Below are positions 50,412 through 62,619 of a DNA stretch of 64,000 nucleotides, one piece after another. The position numbers were made by a program, and so were the translations under genes. The stretch is from Eremomyces bilateralis CBS 781.70. Its lineage: Eukaryota. How positions within the stretch are numbered: position 1 is the stretch's first letter; the number at the start of each line of letters is the position of its first letter. The notes below the pieces were generated by a model, which saw only the letters and a program-made list of their open reading frames with translations, was not told the origin of the DNA and did not search any database. Location of the stretch: assembly GCA_010015585.1 (NCBI GenBank), contig ML975164.1. One strand, written 5' to 3'.

Positions 50412-50819
50412 TGTGATTGTTGGCTGGATCGAAGGACTGATTGATTGATTGATGGAATTCAGGGACAAGTTTGAGGATGGAAGCGGTTTTTGATGACTGG
50501 AATTGGAGGGTGTGACGAGAATGGACTGATCAGTGAAGTGCGGAGAAGGAGGGGCCAACAACGGAGATCACGAGTTCCATGTCACTTGCCCGCTTCAGAG
50601 TTCAGACATAACACAGTACCGGTACCTTAACTAACTAATGGTAGGTACCTTACTACGTAATAGAATAAAGGGATGTCACTCGTCGCCTGACCGCGTGATG
50701 AAGACAGGGGTGTGCGGGGCTCCTGCCCCACCCCCGCATTATGCTAACTGAACAAAGTTAGTCTCTTTCTAGCTCAAAGCTCCTTCCAAAAACTTGAAAT
50801 GATGCCTGATATATACAAG

Positions 50820-50846
50820 GCGCTAACGCGCTAACGCGCTAACGCG
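50820..50846. repeat. (GCGCTAAC)x3 tandem repeat
   Basis: Read directly; lies in an AT-rich intergenic region. Confidence 0.8.
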
Positions 50847-51179
50847 ACTATCTAATCACTGATATCACTGAATTCTGTTAGAAGATAAATAACCATTCAC
50901 TTTTAAAGATCTATTACTTCATTATGGGTTTAGAAATCAAATCCTCCTTAGCTCTCTCGCTCTGCTCAAATCCCTCCCTTACTGGAATTTCTCTATTCCT
51001 CCTCGTTATCTACGCCCTGTTCGGGATACTACGTCCCGTTATTGATTTGTTGCGAAGTCGATAATTCGACAGCGTTAATACAAATACAGGCATCGACAAC
51101 TCCTCTTAGCTCTTTGTTGTGATTACAAGTTCTAAAGTGGCCCGCTTATTACCTATCGCTATCACAAGCCTGAACCAGC

Positions 51180-52286
51180 ATGACGGGCCAAGTCTTTTCC
51201 CAGCCTTCCCCATCCTCGGCGTCTGTTCCCCGTGCAATCCGGACAACCGGGCTAATTGCTCGAGCAATGCTCCAAAGTGAGTGGGCCAAGGCTGAGGCCG
51301 ACTCTAAGGGAGACTCTCCACAGGACATCTACTCTCGACCCACCCCAAACGTGAAGGATGCGGGACTGCGTTTTGAAAATCTTCCCTTTCTCCCTCAAGA
51401 GATCCGCGAGGAGATCCTCACCTGTTGTCTTCTCAGTCTCCGCCCCATCAAAGTTTGCAACGTTGACCGAAGACAATTCAATGAAGACAGGGGATGGCGC
51501 CGGCTCATCGGATACGAATGGGAGATGATCCCCAAAAGCATTGAAGACCTCTCCCTCAACCTCCTTCACTGCGGGAACAGACATCTAGCAGCTGATGCAG
51601 CTCGCATCTTCTACGGTAAAAATACCTTCGAATTTGGCGGCGATCATGGCTGGAGCATCATCCTAGCCTGGCTGGACCTCATCGGAGAGACCAATTGCAA
51701 TCATCTTCGACACCTCCGCATCGGCATTCACGCGGACCCGATGACACGCAGTGAGGATTCGGAGCATTACCCTAATAACAAGGCAAACTTCCAGTGCAAT
51801 CGCCTATTCCAAATTGCACCGACCTACCTCAAGCGTAGCGAGATGCCGCCAGAATACGAGTTCGACAAATTCGCTCCTATCATGGAGAGGGTGTTCGAGA
51901 AGCTGGGAAGTCGAGGACCTGGGCCTGCACTCGATATTATGTTCCGTCCGGACCGGCAGTTTTCATTGGTAAAGATCCTACGTCTATATTACGGATGGGA
52001 GCAGACGGAGGGGTGGTGGCGATATCAACCCTACGCTGTAAAGCTGGTGCAGCGTATCAACAATGCATGCGAGAAGCACACGAGTGGCACATCGCAACGA
52101 AAGGTGGAGATGTTATGGGATTGGTGTTCTGGTGGGATCGATGCTGCAAAGGATATCACAGTGATTAACAGGCAAGGGTGGGAATGGGTGTACGGACACT
52201 CGCCCCGAAGACTTGGCTGGTGCGAATTTGTCATCCTTAGAAGCAAGATGCCCAAGGAGGTGAATCCGGATGGTGCTGACGCTTAA
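51180..52286 (+). CDS. Hypothetical protein with an F-box-like N-terminal motif
   Basis: Intact 368-aa ORF. LPQEIREEI and IFYGKNTFEF are motifs common to fungal lineage-expanded proteins. Confidence 0.7.
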   Translation: MTGQVFSQPSPSSASVPRAIRTTGLIARAMLQSEWAKAEADSKGDSPQDIYSRPTPNVKDAGLRFENLPFLPQEIREEILTCCLLSLRPIKVCNVDRRQFNEDRGWRRLIGYEWEMIPKSIEDLSLNLLHCGNRHLAADAARIFYGKNTFEFGGDHGWSIILAWLDLIGETNCNHLRHLRIGIHADPMTRSEDSEHYPNNKANFQCNRLFQIAPTYLKRSEMPPEYEFDKFAPIMERVFEKLGSRGPGPALDIMFRPDRQFSLVKILRLYYGWEQTEGWWRYQPYAVKLVQRINNACEKHTSGTSQRKVEMLWDWCSGGIDAAKDITVINRQGWEWVYGHSPRRLGWCEFVILRSKMPKEVNPDGADA

Positions 52287-52493
52287 GAGAAGCATAGAGC
52301 CAGGTGAAAATGATTATCTAGACCACGCGAGTAGGGGGTTAAAAGCATCCGGGAGCTCGCGCTCAGAAGACAGACCATATGAGTCTATAATGAGGAGGAT
52401 ATTAGGGGATTTATCAGAGACGGAAAGCGTGGGCATACCCACATCATCATGTACTGCAAATTCAGCAGAATTCAATGATTATCATCCATGCCA

Positions 52494-52745
52494 CTACCTG
52501 AACTTAATCGCCCGATATGCCCCTGCCTCAAACAACTCCCCCTTCATCCCCCCATGCACATATACCTCTTCCACCAACATCACCCCCTCCCCCCCTTCCT
52601 CCCCCCTCACCACCAACGGGACCCTCCCTCCCTCACACACCACCACCCGATCCCCACCCCCACCCCCTCTGACACCAAACACAAATACCCCCTTCCCCCC
52701 ACGTCAACCGCCTCCCATTCGTATGCACCATCAGCTCCCCGAACT
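52494..52745 (-). pseudogene. C-terminal fragment of a HET-6-like gene
   Basis: GRRL..GYLCLV..GDRVVVCEGGRVPLVVR..LVEEVYVHGGMKGE matches the HET-6-type C-terminal signature. Two frameshifts fall in G runs. Confidence 0.75.
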
Positions 52746-53600
52746 TCTTACCTGCCGGATATGACTCATGCTGAATGAGCCTTGACTGGGGATATTTGCT
52801 CTCCTTGCAGCAGAAATGACCTGATTGAGGAGTCGGATGTAGTCAGTTTCGATAAAAATAGGCCCAGGGGTTCTTTCCAGTATTGGCGCGGACTGGGATG
52901 CTTGTGGTAATGCTCGCGGGGCAGTACTGTCGTCGTCGACCATGGTGGCTGCTGGAGTTGGGGTATGCTCGAATGATGATCTTAACGTCGTATCTGCGGT
53001 TGAACTGCCACCTTCAGGATTATGGTTCAGGAGTGATGGAGTTTGACTAGATGAGGGCAGAAACGATGCAGGTCGGTCGAGTTGTACAACGGGTGCCTGT
53101 ACTGCAGGTTCAAAGGTCATTCCTTTTGGTTCAGCATCAGCCTCTTCCTCTGGCTCTTCTTCTTCTTCTTCTTCTTCTTCTTCTTCTTCTTCTTCTTCTT
53201 CGTCATCATCTTTGAATTTCACATCCGCGATTCCTTCTGAGTCCAATATTCGATTCAGTGCAGATTCCCGAGCATTTAGCACACTCTTCAGTACACCCTC
53301 TGTAGATTCCTCTATTTTCTGAACCTTGCGTGTTTCAGGGTCAGTAATCAGCTATGTCGACATAGCTCGAGGAAGCTTTGACAGGTAGCAGACGTCCTGG
53401 CTGGTTAAGTCTCTCGGGACGTATATGCGTAAACCGGACCTGTTATCTTGGATGTGCAGCTCACTCCTTCTAATCGGATATTTGAAGGTTTCTTCACCTT
53501 GTGAGAGTTGAAGTTCCGAGCAGATTCCTTCGGTCTCGAAGACCTCGGCAGCTTTGAGCACTCTATACAGTGAGTTGATCTCGGCATCTACTTTTGGGCT
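52746..53600 (-). pseudogene. Internal fragment of a large fungal protein (resembles the sacsin/NO VEIN-associated family)
   Basis: ORFs 53352-53561 and 52731-53282 are in the same frame, separated by one TAG. Motifs LRIYVP, VLNA..L..IL..EGI and Y..LL..VI.AAR. A (GAA)n tract encodes poly-Glu. No start or natural end is visible. Confidence 0.55.
53155..53201. repeat. (TCT)n microsatellite encoding poly-Glu on the minus strand
   Basis: About 15 units, read directly. Confidence 0.9.
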
Positions 53601-54578
53601 TCCATAATGAACCGCTATGCTGCCAATAAATTAGTTCCTTTTAGCCTTAACTAACTAGTTACTTGTTATATTAAATTAACTTATCAATCCGATTGGACAA
53701 CATTGACCAAAAACATAGCCACTCCTCGAACTATCATAGGTATATAGTAGGGAAGTAACCTCGCACTTACATCGAATCAGGTCCTCATTTAACAAGAAAT
53801 TCTTCATCTCGAATAGCCTCCTTCCAAACGGGGTCCTTATCCCAAAAAAGCTCTTCATCCAAAACCGGCCCGTCATCTCAAAGGGACGCTCGATTCTAAA
53901 CAGGCTCCATTTCAGGCTACGAACGGGCAGCTTGGTATAGAGAGTGACCAGTCGCAATCAAGCTCCGCCTAATTGCTCTCAGCGATTTTTTTCACACCAT
54001 GCCGCTCGCCTTTTCGCCCTCTCAGCAATGGCGCACTTGCCAGCCCTGAGCAGGACCCTAACTTGGAATATCCCGTTAAATTTCTTCTCACGTATCATGA
54101 GATTCGACGATATAAAGACTATTTAAGTTGTTGTTCGACCAGGAATGATTTTGCAACGGGCGAGGAGCTGGCTGAACCACCTCTCAGACCCGATGATGTA
54201 GCTCTTCTCAGAACGCCTGCCCGATCGAGAGCCCGTGATTTCTCTGCGTAGATTGGATAAATCTGCCTTGCTTGGTTGCGACGCTTGCTGAGCACCCGGA
54301 GAGGCACTTGGACATCGCAAAACAAGAAGGCGTTAAATATGTTTTCTTACACGCAGAGCAAGGAATGTATATTGAAGAAGCGAAGAACATTGCATGCGAA
54401 CTCACGAAAGTGAGTGTCAGACTACGGCTGTGCCTTCGCTGTAGTTAAAAAGGCCAAGAACTGCTTTCAAAAATAAATTTGCAACACTTCAAGCAGTCGC
54501 TCCACCAATGTCCGAGTCAAAACACTCTCTGCCAAACGCGATAATCAGTTTCCCTCAACTGACTCACCCGTGAGTCCC

Positions 54579-57368
54579 TCAAGACCAACTTAAGGTATTT
54601 TTACACCACTTGTCCATATCCCCAATAGAAATGGCCTCCAACTGCCTCCTCGTCTCCTCATCAAACATGTCATCAAAGTCATCCCAATGCACCAGCTGGT
54701 ACGCATAGTCCTGAAGCTGGGCCTGAGCTTTGCCGATACCCAGTTGGTACATATCGATGAACCACGACTTGTGCTCCCCTGCCCAGGTTGTAAAGTCTGT
54801 AGGTTTAGTGTATGTCCCCCAGATCGTAGTATCGGCGTCCATGGCAGCGCTGCGGAACGTGTTAGTAAAGCAGTAGCAAGGAGTAATTGGAATGGAGGTT
54901 GGGGAATGAGACTCACAAGACGCCATCGACTCCTAAGTAGGCAGTTCCTCCAGCCGTGTATCCCGTCAGCGTATTCTTAAGATTTTCTTGCGTCTTTGTC
55001 TGCATCATGTACAGGCAAGTATTGATGATTCTCCCAATCCTGCAGAGCTTGACCTGGGTGTTACTTGTGCTCTCGGCAATACGATCGATTTGGGTAGTTG
55101 ATGAAAAGAACCGATGCTTGAGCTGGTTTTCCTTCTTAGTGAAGACGGTCATGGTCTTGTCATATGTGGTCGTAGTTCCTAGTTGAGAAAGTAGTTTGTC
55201 CATATAGCCGGTGCTATCTCCAATTTTAAAGATCTTGCCCAGAGCATTGCAACCGTCAGTTTGCTCCGAGAAGTATTTATCATGGAGATGATTGAGGAAT
55301 GACTTAACCCAGTCACCCTCGTAGACATGTTCAGCTGTTCTAGTTCAGCGCGTAATAATTAGAAGTAAACGCGGTTGGATACCTACCGTCCCAGTATTTG
55401 CCATCGACTAAGCTGTTGTCTTTGGTGTCCTCAATCTTCCAGTGGTCTTGTGTGCAGTCCGAAGATTTGTCATCTCCGCAAGGATCTACGCCTGGCAGCA
55501 AGATGGGCGCCTCGCTAGTTCCTGCATTATATAAGCCGGCGAGGTGTTCCGGCCCATAGTAGTCTTTCATTTCAATCTTGTATTGCCGAGAGCTCTTGTC
55601 GCATGTCATATAGTAACCGCGCTTGGGTGCACGTTTAGCGATTGCGGATCGGCGTCGGACGGTCTGGCGTCTCAGCCGCGCGAGTGCTGTAATAGGCGAA
55701 TCAATCTCATTATCCCACCATTCCTGGTCTTCCTCTTCAATGATAACGGAACAAGTGCCGTCGTTAGACTCGCCAAGGCCCAGGCAGAGCACTGGAAATT
55801 GGTAAAGCTGATCGTTTTCGTAGAGATCGACTTCGAAGAGGACATTTCGCTTCCCGTCAATCTCAGTCCAGCCTTCCAGCTCAAGCTCGGCTCCGAGGTC
55901 TACGTCGAGCGACACGCCGAATGGATCTGCGTTACAGAAACCATTGGAATCATATCCGCCGGAAGCTGTTACTGTGACTTTCGGGAACTGGAGATTTACG
56001 TCTACGTTCACCCCGTTCTCATCTGATTCGGTGTCAGGCACTGCAATGGAATGAGTACAAGTAAGACTTACCAAGTACCTCAAGGCTAACTGCAACTGCA
56101 ACCTTAGTCCAGAGTGAGCCGGTAGCAGTCAGTTCAGCTTGTAGCTGAAGTGGCTGAATTTCAAACGTTGGAATCCAGCCGTGGACGTCTAGTTTCTTTT
56201 TACCAAACAGGTCAACCTTCGCTAGCGAATCATCCGGAATCTTCGCCGCAATGCCCGTGGTGACAGTGGCTGAGCCTGCTACACTCTCGAGCTCATAGCC
56301 AGCAAGGACCTTAGCATTAGGTCCAAACGTAAGGACTCCCGGGATCCTCCATCCAGACGGTAAGGGAATGGTGAGAAGTTCGAATTCCTCTTTCGCGTCC
56401 TTACCGAACTTGTACAATCCTTCAAAGGCGATTTCCAAGTTCAAAGCAGCTTGAAGGCCACGCGGAGTTGCGCTGATCATGAACTTGTCAATACCACTGA
56501 AAGCGCTGCCCTCAATGTGTCCGGAGAACACGAGTTGACCAGATGTTCCGCAGTCGACACAGCTGACATCAAACGTAGCATGCGTCCTATAATTTGGAGG
56601 CACAGTCAGCAAATTTTTCAGAATCGGTATTTGTACCCCAGAGTTACGTACCAATTCTTGTGGATGATCTTGCTCGGCCATGTCGAAGCCAGATCAAGCG
56701 TAAATGCCTTATCGAGGTCAAAGTCTAGGAAGCTCTGACGTTTCCGCCTGGCTTGTTCGACTTCACCAAAATCCAACGTGTAAGAATGAATAATGTACTT
56801 CCAAGTCTTCTTCTCGGCTTCCATGTGAATGGTAAAGTCGCTCTGGTCGAATCGTACGCTGCTGACGAGCCAAGGATCTGGTGACCACTCTCTTCCGCAT
56901 TTGATGTGGTCCGCAATCATTACAAAGGAACGCATGCCGTTGAAATTCACCCAGTCCCAGCTCTTTTTGGCGGCTTGGAACGAGATGTTGTGCCGAAATT
57001 GGACCATCATATTCTCAGTGCAGTTCACAGCCTTCAACCCCCAACCGAACTTGGCCATGTCAAGGATGAGCCTGTCCTGGCCAGTCCAGAAGACCAAGGA
57101 CACGTTTTTTGGTTTCGGATCTAAGCAGTTCAGTATCTGAACAGCTCGTTAAGAGCGCGTTGCATGTACCATGGGGTGGGCTGGTCCACTGCATTTCCTC
57201 GTAATCCACCAAAGTGACGTTAGCGGCCTGGGTAGTCTCATCTCGCCTGCCGATGCGCATAGTATGATCCCATAGGTGACGAGGAAGGGGAACGAGATCA
57301 ATCTCCCCGGCAGCAGAAACAAGCTGTGAAAGCCATAGAATGGCAAATGAGAAATACAATGCCCTCAT
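54579..57368 (-). CDS. Secreted modular protein (835 aa): beta-rich N-terminal domains, polybasic linker and C-terminal EHVYE domain
   Basis: Signal peptide MRALYFSFAILWLSQLVSA. Five GT-AG introns (57121-57169, 56587-56651, 56023-56071, 55335-55386, 54850-54916) give 2508 nt in frame. Motifs include WDWVN, CVDCGTSG and IPGVLTFGP. Confidence 0.85.
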
Positions 57369-58199
57369 TGACGCTGTCGGTAGTAGGATACTTACTTCTT
57401 CACGATGGGGTGACACTTGTGATCTCACTGGACGCTGCAAGTTCGTTGAAGGAGAGTGGACTCGACTGAGGGCCCTCGCGGATATATACTACTATGAAGC
57501 TGGGCTCGAACTCGAACTGGGATTCGCTTGTGGCACGATGAAGTCGAAAAGCTTTCTACAAACATAGAAGAGAATCCAAGCTGAGATCTGGACATGGCCC
57601 AATCAGTATGGTCCTGCCGTCGGAAAGTGGCCATCGGATGCAGCTTAGATGAGGGCATTCATCGTATACGGGTTTTCGCAGAGTAATAGGCCCATCGTCC
57701 AGAACTGCCAGCTCCGAATTAGCATCGTCCCTGGTGAGACGGAATCAGGAAACTTTCGCATTAGCAGGAATGAATCCTAAAGTTAGTTCCTGTTTTCGTT
57801 GTTAAGTTCTCGAACCTCGTATACCACTATCAATTTTGAAAGTGATGAGCGCCTCGGCATTGCAGGTTCGATGTATGGGTGGTGAGAGTGAACGAGTTGT
57901 ACAGTGTCCCATTTGTAAGGGAACATGAGGCTAGGAACATACAATATATACTTCGTATTCAACGGAGAAATTGCAGGGGTTGCACTAACCCGACCCCTAT
58001 CGGTAGTTATATTAACACGAAGAATATATAAGGCGAAGCGAAGGCGGCATTTATTAGATAAGGGTAGAAAGCTGTATTGATTATTAAATACCGGCCAAAA
58101 CATTTTCACGCTCCAAAGGGGATCCTGACCTGGCTCCTTAAGATATGAAATTAAAGATCGCAGATTTCTGATATTCTTGATGCTGGATCGGTCGGAATA

Positions 58200-58538
58200 T
58201 GTGCTCAGCGCGTCAACCCATAACGTGCGTGGAGAGTCAGGAAGGTGCAGGCGACGTAGCCCTGCACGAAGGCTCTTGGTGACATGGAGGATGTTGCCAT
58301 TGACCGATATCTGTAGAGTATCAGTTGCATCGCCACATGAGTATGATAGAGCCTAGTATGGTGCGGACTTGATGTGGATTAGGATTATGTTAGCTTCGAT
58401 GGGATCTTCTCTGCTCCCTGGCTATAGCTCCTATAGTCTGATAAGCTTGTTCTCTGATGTCAACAGAATTGAATCTTCATATCTAAACGACACACCGGAT
58501 GGAGATGCGTATGTGGACTCCTATTCGTCACTAACCAT
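58200..58538 (-). pseudogene. N-terminal fragment of a HET-6-like gene
   Basis: FRYE..LIRL*EL*PG..DPI...PY*ALSYSCGD...ISVNG..LHVTKSL..GLRRL....RTLWVDAL matches the HET-6 N-terminus (IRLL.L.PG, YEALSY.WG, LWIDA). Four in-frame TAG stops. Confidence 0.8.
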
Positions 58539-58959
58539 CAGCGTTCGCCTTCCATGGCCGCAATAGGAACCTGGAAGATACAGTAAGAAACAACTCACAT
58601 CCGGCTCTTTCTGCTTTCTTCGCATCCTTCTCTTTCTTAGCCTCCTCTTTCTTGGCCTCCTCTAATCGTTTCTCCTCAGAATCCTTATCTCCGTCACTAC
58701 CAAATCCTTCGGCAAACCCTATGACCTTTCCCCGGAAGTACTTGGGAACATCATACAGCGCGAACTTGGCCGAACCACCCCATGAGGCCTTACTGGGCAT
58801 TTCGGGCCGGTCTCACGAAGCAGGATCCCGGCCTTCAGCCAGGCCCGCTTTGACGCGCCGCATATTGTGCCTTTCACGACGTTCTTTGACATTATAGAGT
58901 CCTGGAAATGGGGATGAGAGTAGGGAAGACGTTGAAACTGGGTTTGCTATTATTATCAT
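58531..58959 (-). pseudogene. Possible degenerate gene fragment (K/E-rich)
   Basis: An 89-aa ORF extends upstream through one TGA and has coding-like composition. No family recognised. Confidence 0.25.
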
Positions 58960-59574
58960 GATCCACTAAACGTTGACGAGAGCTCGAGGCTGTTAACGTC
59001 GTCTAACCAGAATTGGAACCTGGCGGTTTCAAACTGTGTGAGAACGCTTGGCGTCTTTTTGAGAGAGTGTGTGTCGCAAGATGCCCCTGTTGGTTTCTAC
59101 TGCCACCTAACATTCCATTTACTGCCCTCTACCCATGGGCTAGGCCTAATCAGGACTCCTCAGTCTTCTCCTAATTATGTATTAGGTTATCTTCATCTGG
59201 TTTACTAGCTAGATCTCTTTTCCAGGCAATGAGAATCGTCAATACCAATTTGCGCTGTGACTCTACAGTAACTGAGCCTAAGCAGCGAACGTCTAAGGAG
59301 TTCCTGGTGGAGATAGCAGCAAACTCTTGAGAATAATTTGATCTTACATTCGGATAGGTCTGCTTCTGGATACGAACGTGAGTTACATAGATGTGCAACA
59401 TAAGCGGTAAGTATCATAAGTTAGTAACCTGAGCGGAGCTTAAGTGGGAATAATTCACCCAATATGTCCACGAAAGACCTGTGGAAAATATCATCCGTTC
59501 TCGTTCCAAAGATTCTGCTTCGTAAGCTATTCTTGATACATGACACTCTACCGCTGGCTACTTTTGTCTTATTT

Positions 59575-60757
59575 TCATTTCATTTCAAATCCCTTGACAC
59601 CTAAAGGACCAACACTATCGGGGATCTCGTAGCAGCCATGATCGTTTAAGAGGACTCTTGTTTTGTGTTGAGGATGTCCAACGCCATGTCCCCGATTTCC
59701 GATGGCATTTCCCCATACGCCTCCACTATTCTCCGTATCCATCCTCAACATTTTGTGGTACTGGTCCCTCGCACCAGCTTGGGTTCTCTGCTGCGTGCTC
59801 AACAGGCCGACAGTGCGCAGGAACTTCTCAAACGGCGCCTTCAGACACGGCACGCAGGCCGCAATGATTCCCAAGAACTGCTCCACGTAGCCCCAGAGTG
59901 CGAGATCGACCATGTCCCAGAGCGGGTCGGTGCTGCTCGCGTAACGCTTGATAAGAAACATTTTGACCATCGCGGCGGTGGTGGCGAACAGCCCCAGACC
60001 CATGAGACATGATGGCCACCCTCTCGCGTAAAGGGCGGCGGAGCTTGGTGATGAAAGTCAATGGTAGGAGCGAGAGGGTAACGTCAGTTGAAATGAAGAC
60101 GGCTATCGTTCTGTGAGCGGCTTGGCAACACGAGGGACGACAAGGAGACTTACCAGATACGATGTACAGAGAAAGCTGTATGTCTTTTGCCGCCCAGCAC
60201 TTGCGCCTAGAGTCGTGCGGTCCCAGAAGGTGCGTACAGGTGTACATTGTATAAATTGGAGTACAGTGGATGAAGCGGCGGAGCAGATAAGGAAAGATAT
60301 AAGGAGAGGTAGCCATATCCGCCAGGGCTTATCGTTTCGGATGCGCATTAGCATCAGCGCGACGGAGACTTTTATAAATGTAATTGACCATGTCCAGAAC
60401 AATTGCTGTATCCAGACTGCGCGAAGTGCCAGTATGATAGTCTCGGGTGTGAGGTAGACGGCGTGCCGGCCGGTGCCATTATGTATGCAATTGACTATAA
60501 CAGCATACTGGCCAATTGCGAGGACCTTGAACCAGCGTAAGCTTTAATTTTAGTGAAAGGTGGAGGATGCAGCTAACCACTGCTGTGAACATAGCATAGT
60601 CGTCCCACCTAATATTTAGCACTGGATGCACTCGCGTGTATACCCGGGCCCCGTACACTATCAATGAGAAGGAGAATAGCGATGTTGTGACACCGAGCAA
60701 AAGCGGCACTTTGGACTCATCTGGAGGCATAGGATCGGGACCCCCTATAGATGCCAT
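59575..60757 (-). pseudogene. PTH11-like (fungal rhodopsin-domain) membrane protein gene with two frameshifts
   Basis: RWDDY, GTGRH, IKVSVAL, QCTPVRTFWD, D...SLLP and IIAACVPCLK motifs. Frameshifts near 60205 and 60007. With intron 60103-60153 spliced out, the uncorrected frame hits TGA. Confidence 0.8.
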
Positions 60758-61477
60758 ACCGAATGTACGTTCACATGAGGTATAATGGTAAGAAAGAATA
60801 GGGAACGGCAGACATTAGACAGAAGGACTGAGGTTCGGATTGAAATACTTGGTCCATAGAGGGAGAAGCTGAATTGACCATCCACACGGGCCTAGGTTGG
60901 CAATTCTCCTTCCTGCTGGGAGCATTGATTTAGAGATTCCGTTCTGCCTTTCAATATTGGCTTTTGCGACCGTCCATAGTGGCGTTCGCACCCACACCTC
61001 TTCGCTCGAGTCTCTGCTCGAGTCTTCACTAGTCACTGGATGGCCAACGCTGCAGATCACTTCAACTAAACTTATTGGAGGATCGCCCCTATCACGAACC
61101 ACGTTAATCAGGCATACGAGTTACATGCATCACAACGAACGGCACGTAGTTCATCACAAACTCAAATAACACGGACAATGACGTTGAAAATGCGAGACAA
61201 AAGGAAGAACCAAACTCCCCTTCACGGTGCGGTCACAACTCGCGATACATTCTTGTTTGCTGTTATCATAGTAAGTTTGTGCGTGCCAAAGCTGCCGAGA
61301 CGCCAAGTAGTTTCAGTCCTGGAAGCCTATTAGTATGGTACTGTGTGGGGTCAGAGTAATCCGGTCAAACCCCTGTTTTTCACTCCACCACAAAATGCAT
61401 CACCAATATAAATCAATCGATACATTACTATTACAAAGGCTAACCGCTCTAAAAACATCATAGATGGAAAGAACAGG

Positions 61478-62619
61478 CTAATATTTAGTATACCAGCCCT
61501 TTGCCTCAAGTACAGCCTGCAGACGACGCGGTAAACTCTCAATTAGCGCGTTTACCTTGTCTTGGCCGATGGAATCCCAGGCCTCTATTATTGCGCGCAT
61601 CATCTTGATCCTATCGACCTGGTTATCCTTTAGACTACCAAAATCTGGGTATTTTCGGTGTAAATAATCTTTCATCTGCTTCCAAATGTGCTCAATTGGA
61701 TTCAGGTCTGGGCTATGAGGTGGCCAATCGATGCAAGCAATCTGATGGTCTTGGAACCACCTAGTCGACAACTTTGAGGTATGAATCCGCGCGTTATCTT
61801 GNNNNNNNNNNNNNNNNNNNNNNNNNNNNNNNNNNNNNNNNNNNNNNNNNNNNNNNNNNNNNNNNNNNNNNNNNNNNNNNNNNNNNNNNNNNNNNNNNNN
61901 NNNNNNNNNNNNNNNNNNNNNNNNNNNNNNNNNNNNNNNNNNNNNNNNNNNNNNNNNNNNNNNNNNNNNNNNNNNNNNNNNNNNNNNNNNNNNNNNNNNN
62001 NNNNNNNNNNNNNNNNNNNNNNNNNNNNNNNNNNNNNNNNNNNNNNNNNNNNNNNNNNNNNNNNNNNNNNNNNNNNNNNNNNNNNNNNNNNNNNNNNNNN
62101 NNNNNNNNNNNNNNNNNNNNNNNNNNNNNNNNNNNNNNNNNNNNNNNNNNNNNNNNNNNNNNNNNNNNNNNNNNNNNNNNNNNNNNNNNNNNNNNNNNNN
62201 NNNNNNNNNNNNNNNNNNNNNNNNNNNNNNNATTTGCGGTAGTATTTGGACCCCCGGAGCGCGCGTTTGACGGTCGACTTGGACGGGGTGCCTTGGTCGC
62301 ATGTGAGGGACCGCGCCAGCTCGTTGTGCGTGACCTTCGGGTTTTTTTTAATTTGTTGTTGAAGATATCGGAAGTCAGGTTCCGTGATCATCTTGGTACG
62401 GTGTCCTTTTGGGAGAGACTTGAATGTTCGTTGCGTACGGAACTTCTCAATTGTATAGTCGATGGTTGAGGGCGAGCATCCGACCTCGCGCGCAATCGCT
62501 CGTTTAGACATTAAGCCCGCGTCGACCATTGCAATGATTGCAGATCGCTGTTCTGGCGTAAGATCTGCATCCTTACGCCGATTCCCGCTAATTTCACCCA
62601 AAATTGAGCGTTCCATCAT
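61478..62619 (-). CDS. Tc1-family transposase; the middle is hidden by an assembly gap
   Basis: N-terminal HTH (RAIAREVGCSPSTI). QDNARIH...WPPHSPDLNPIEHIW has 34 residues between D and E. Ends GWYTKY*. Confidence 0.9.
61802..62231. other. Assembly gap (430 N)
   Basis: Run of N inside the transposon. Confidence 1.

Noticed and set aside
53640..54480. Missing middle of the HET-6-like gene
   Set aside because: Translations show no HET core motifs such as WF.R.W..QE; it looks like unrelated degenerate sequence.
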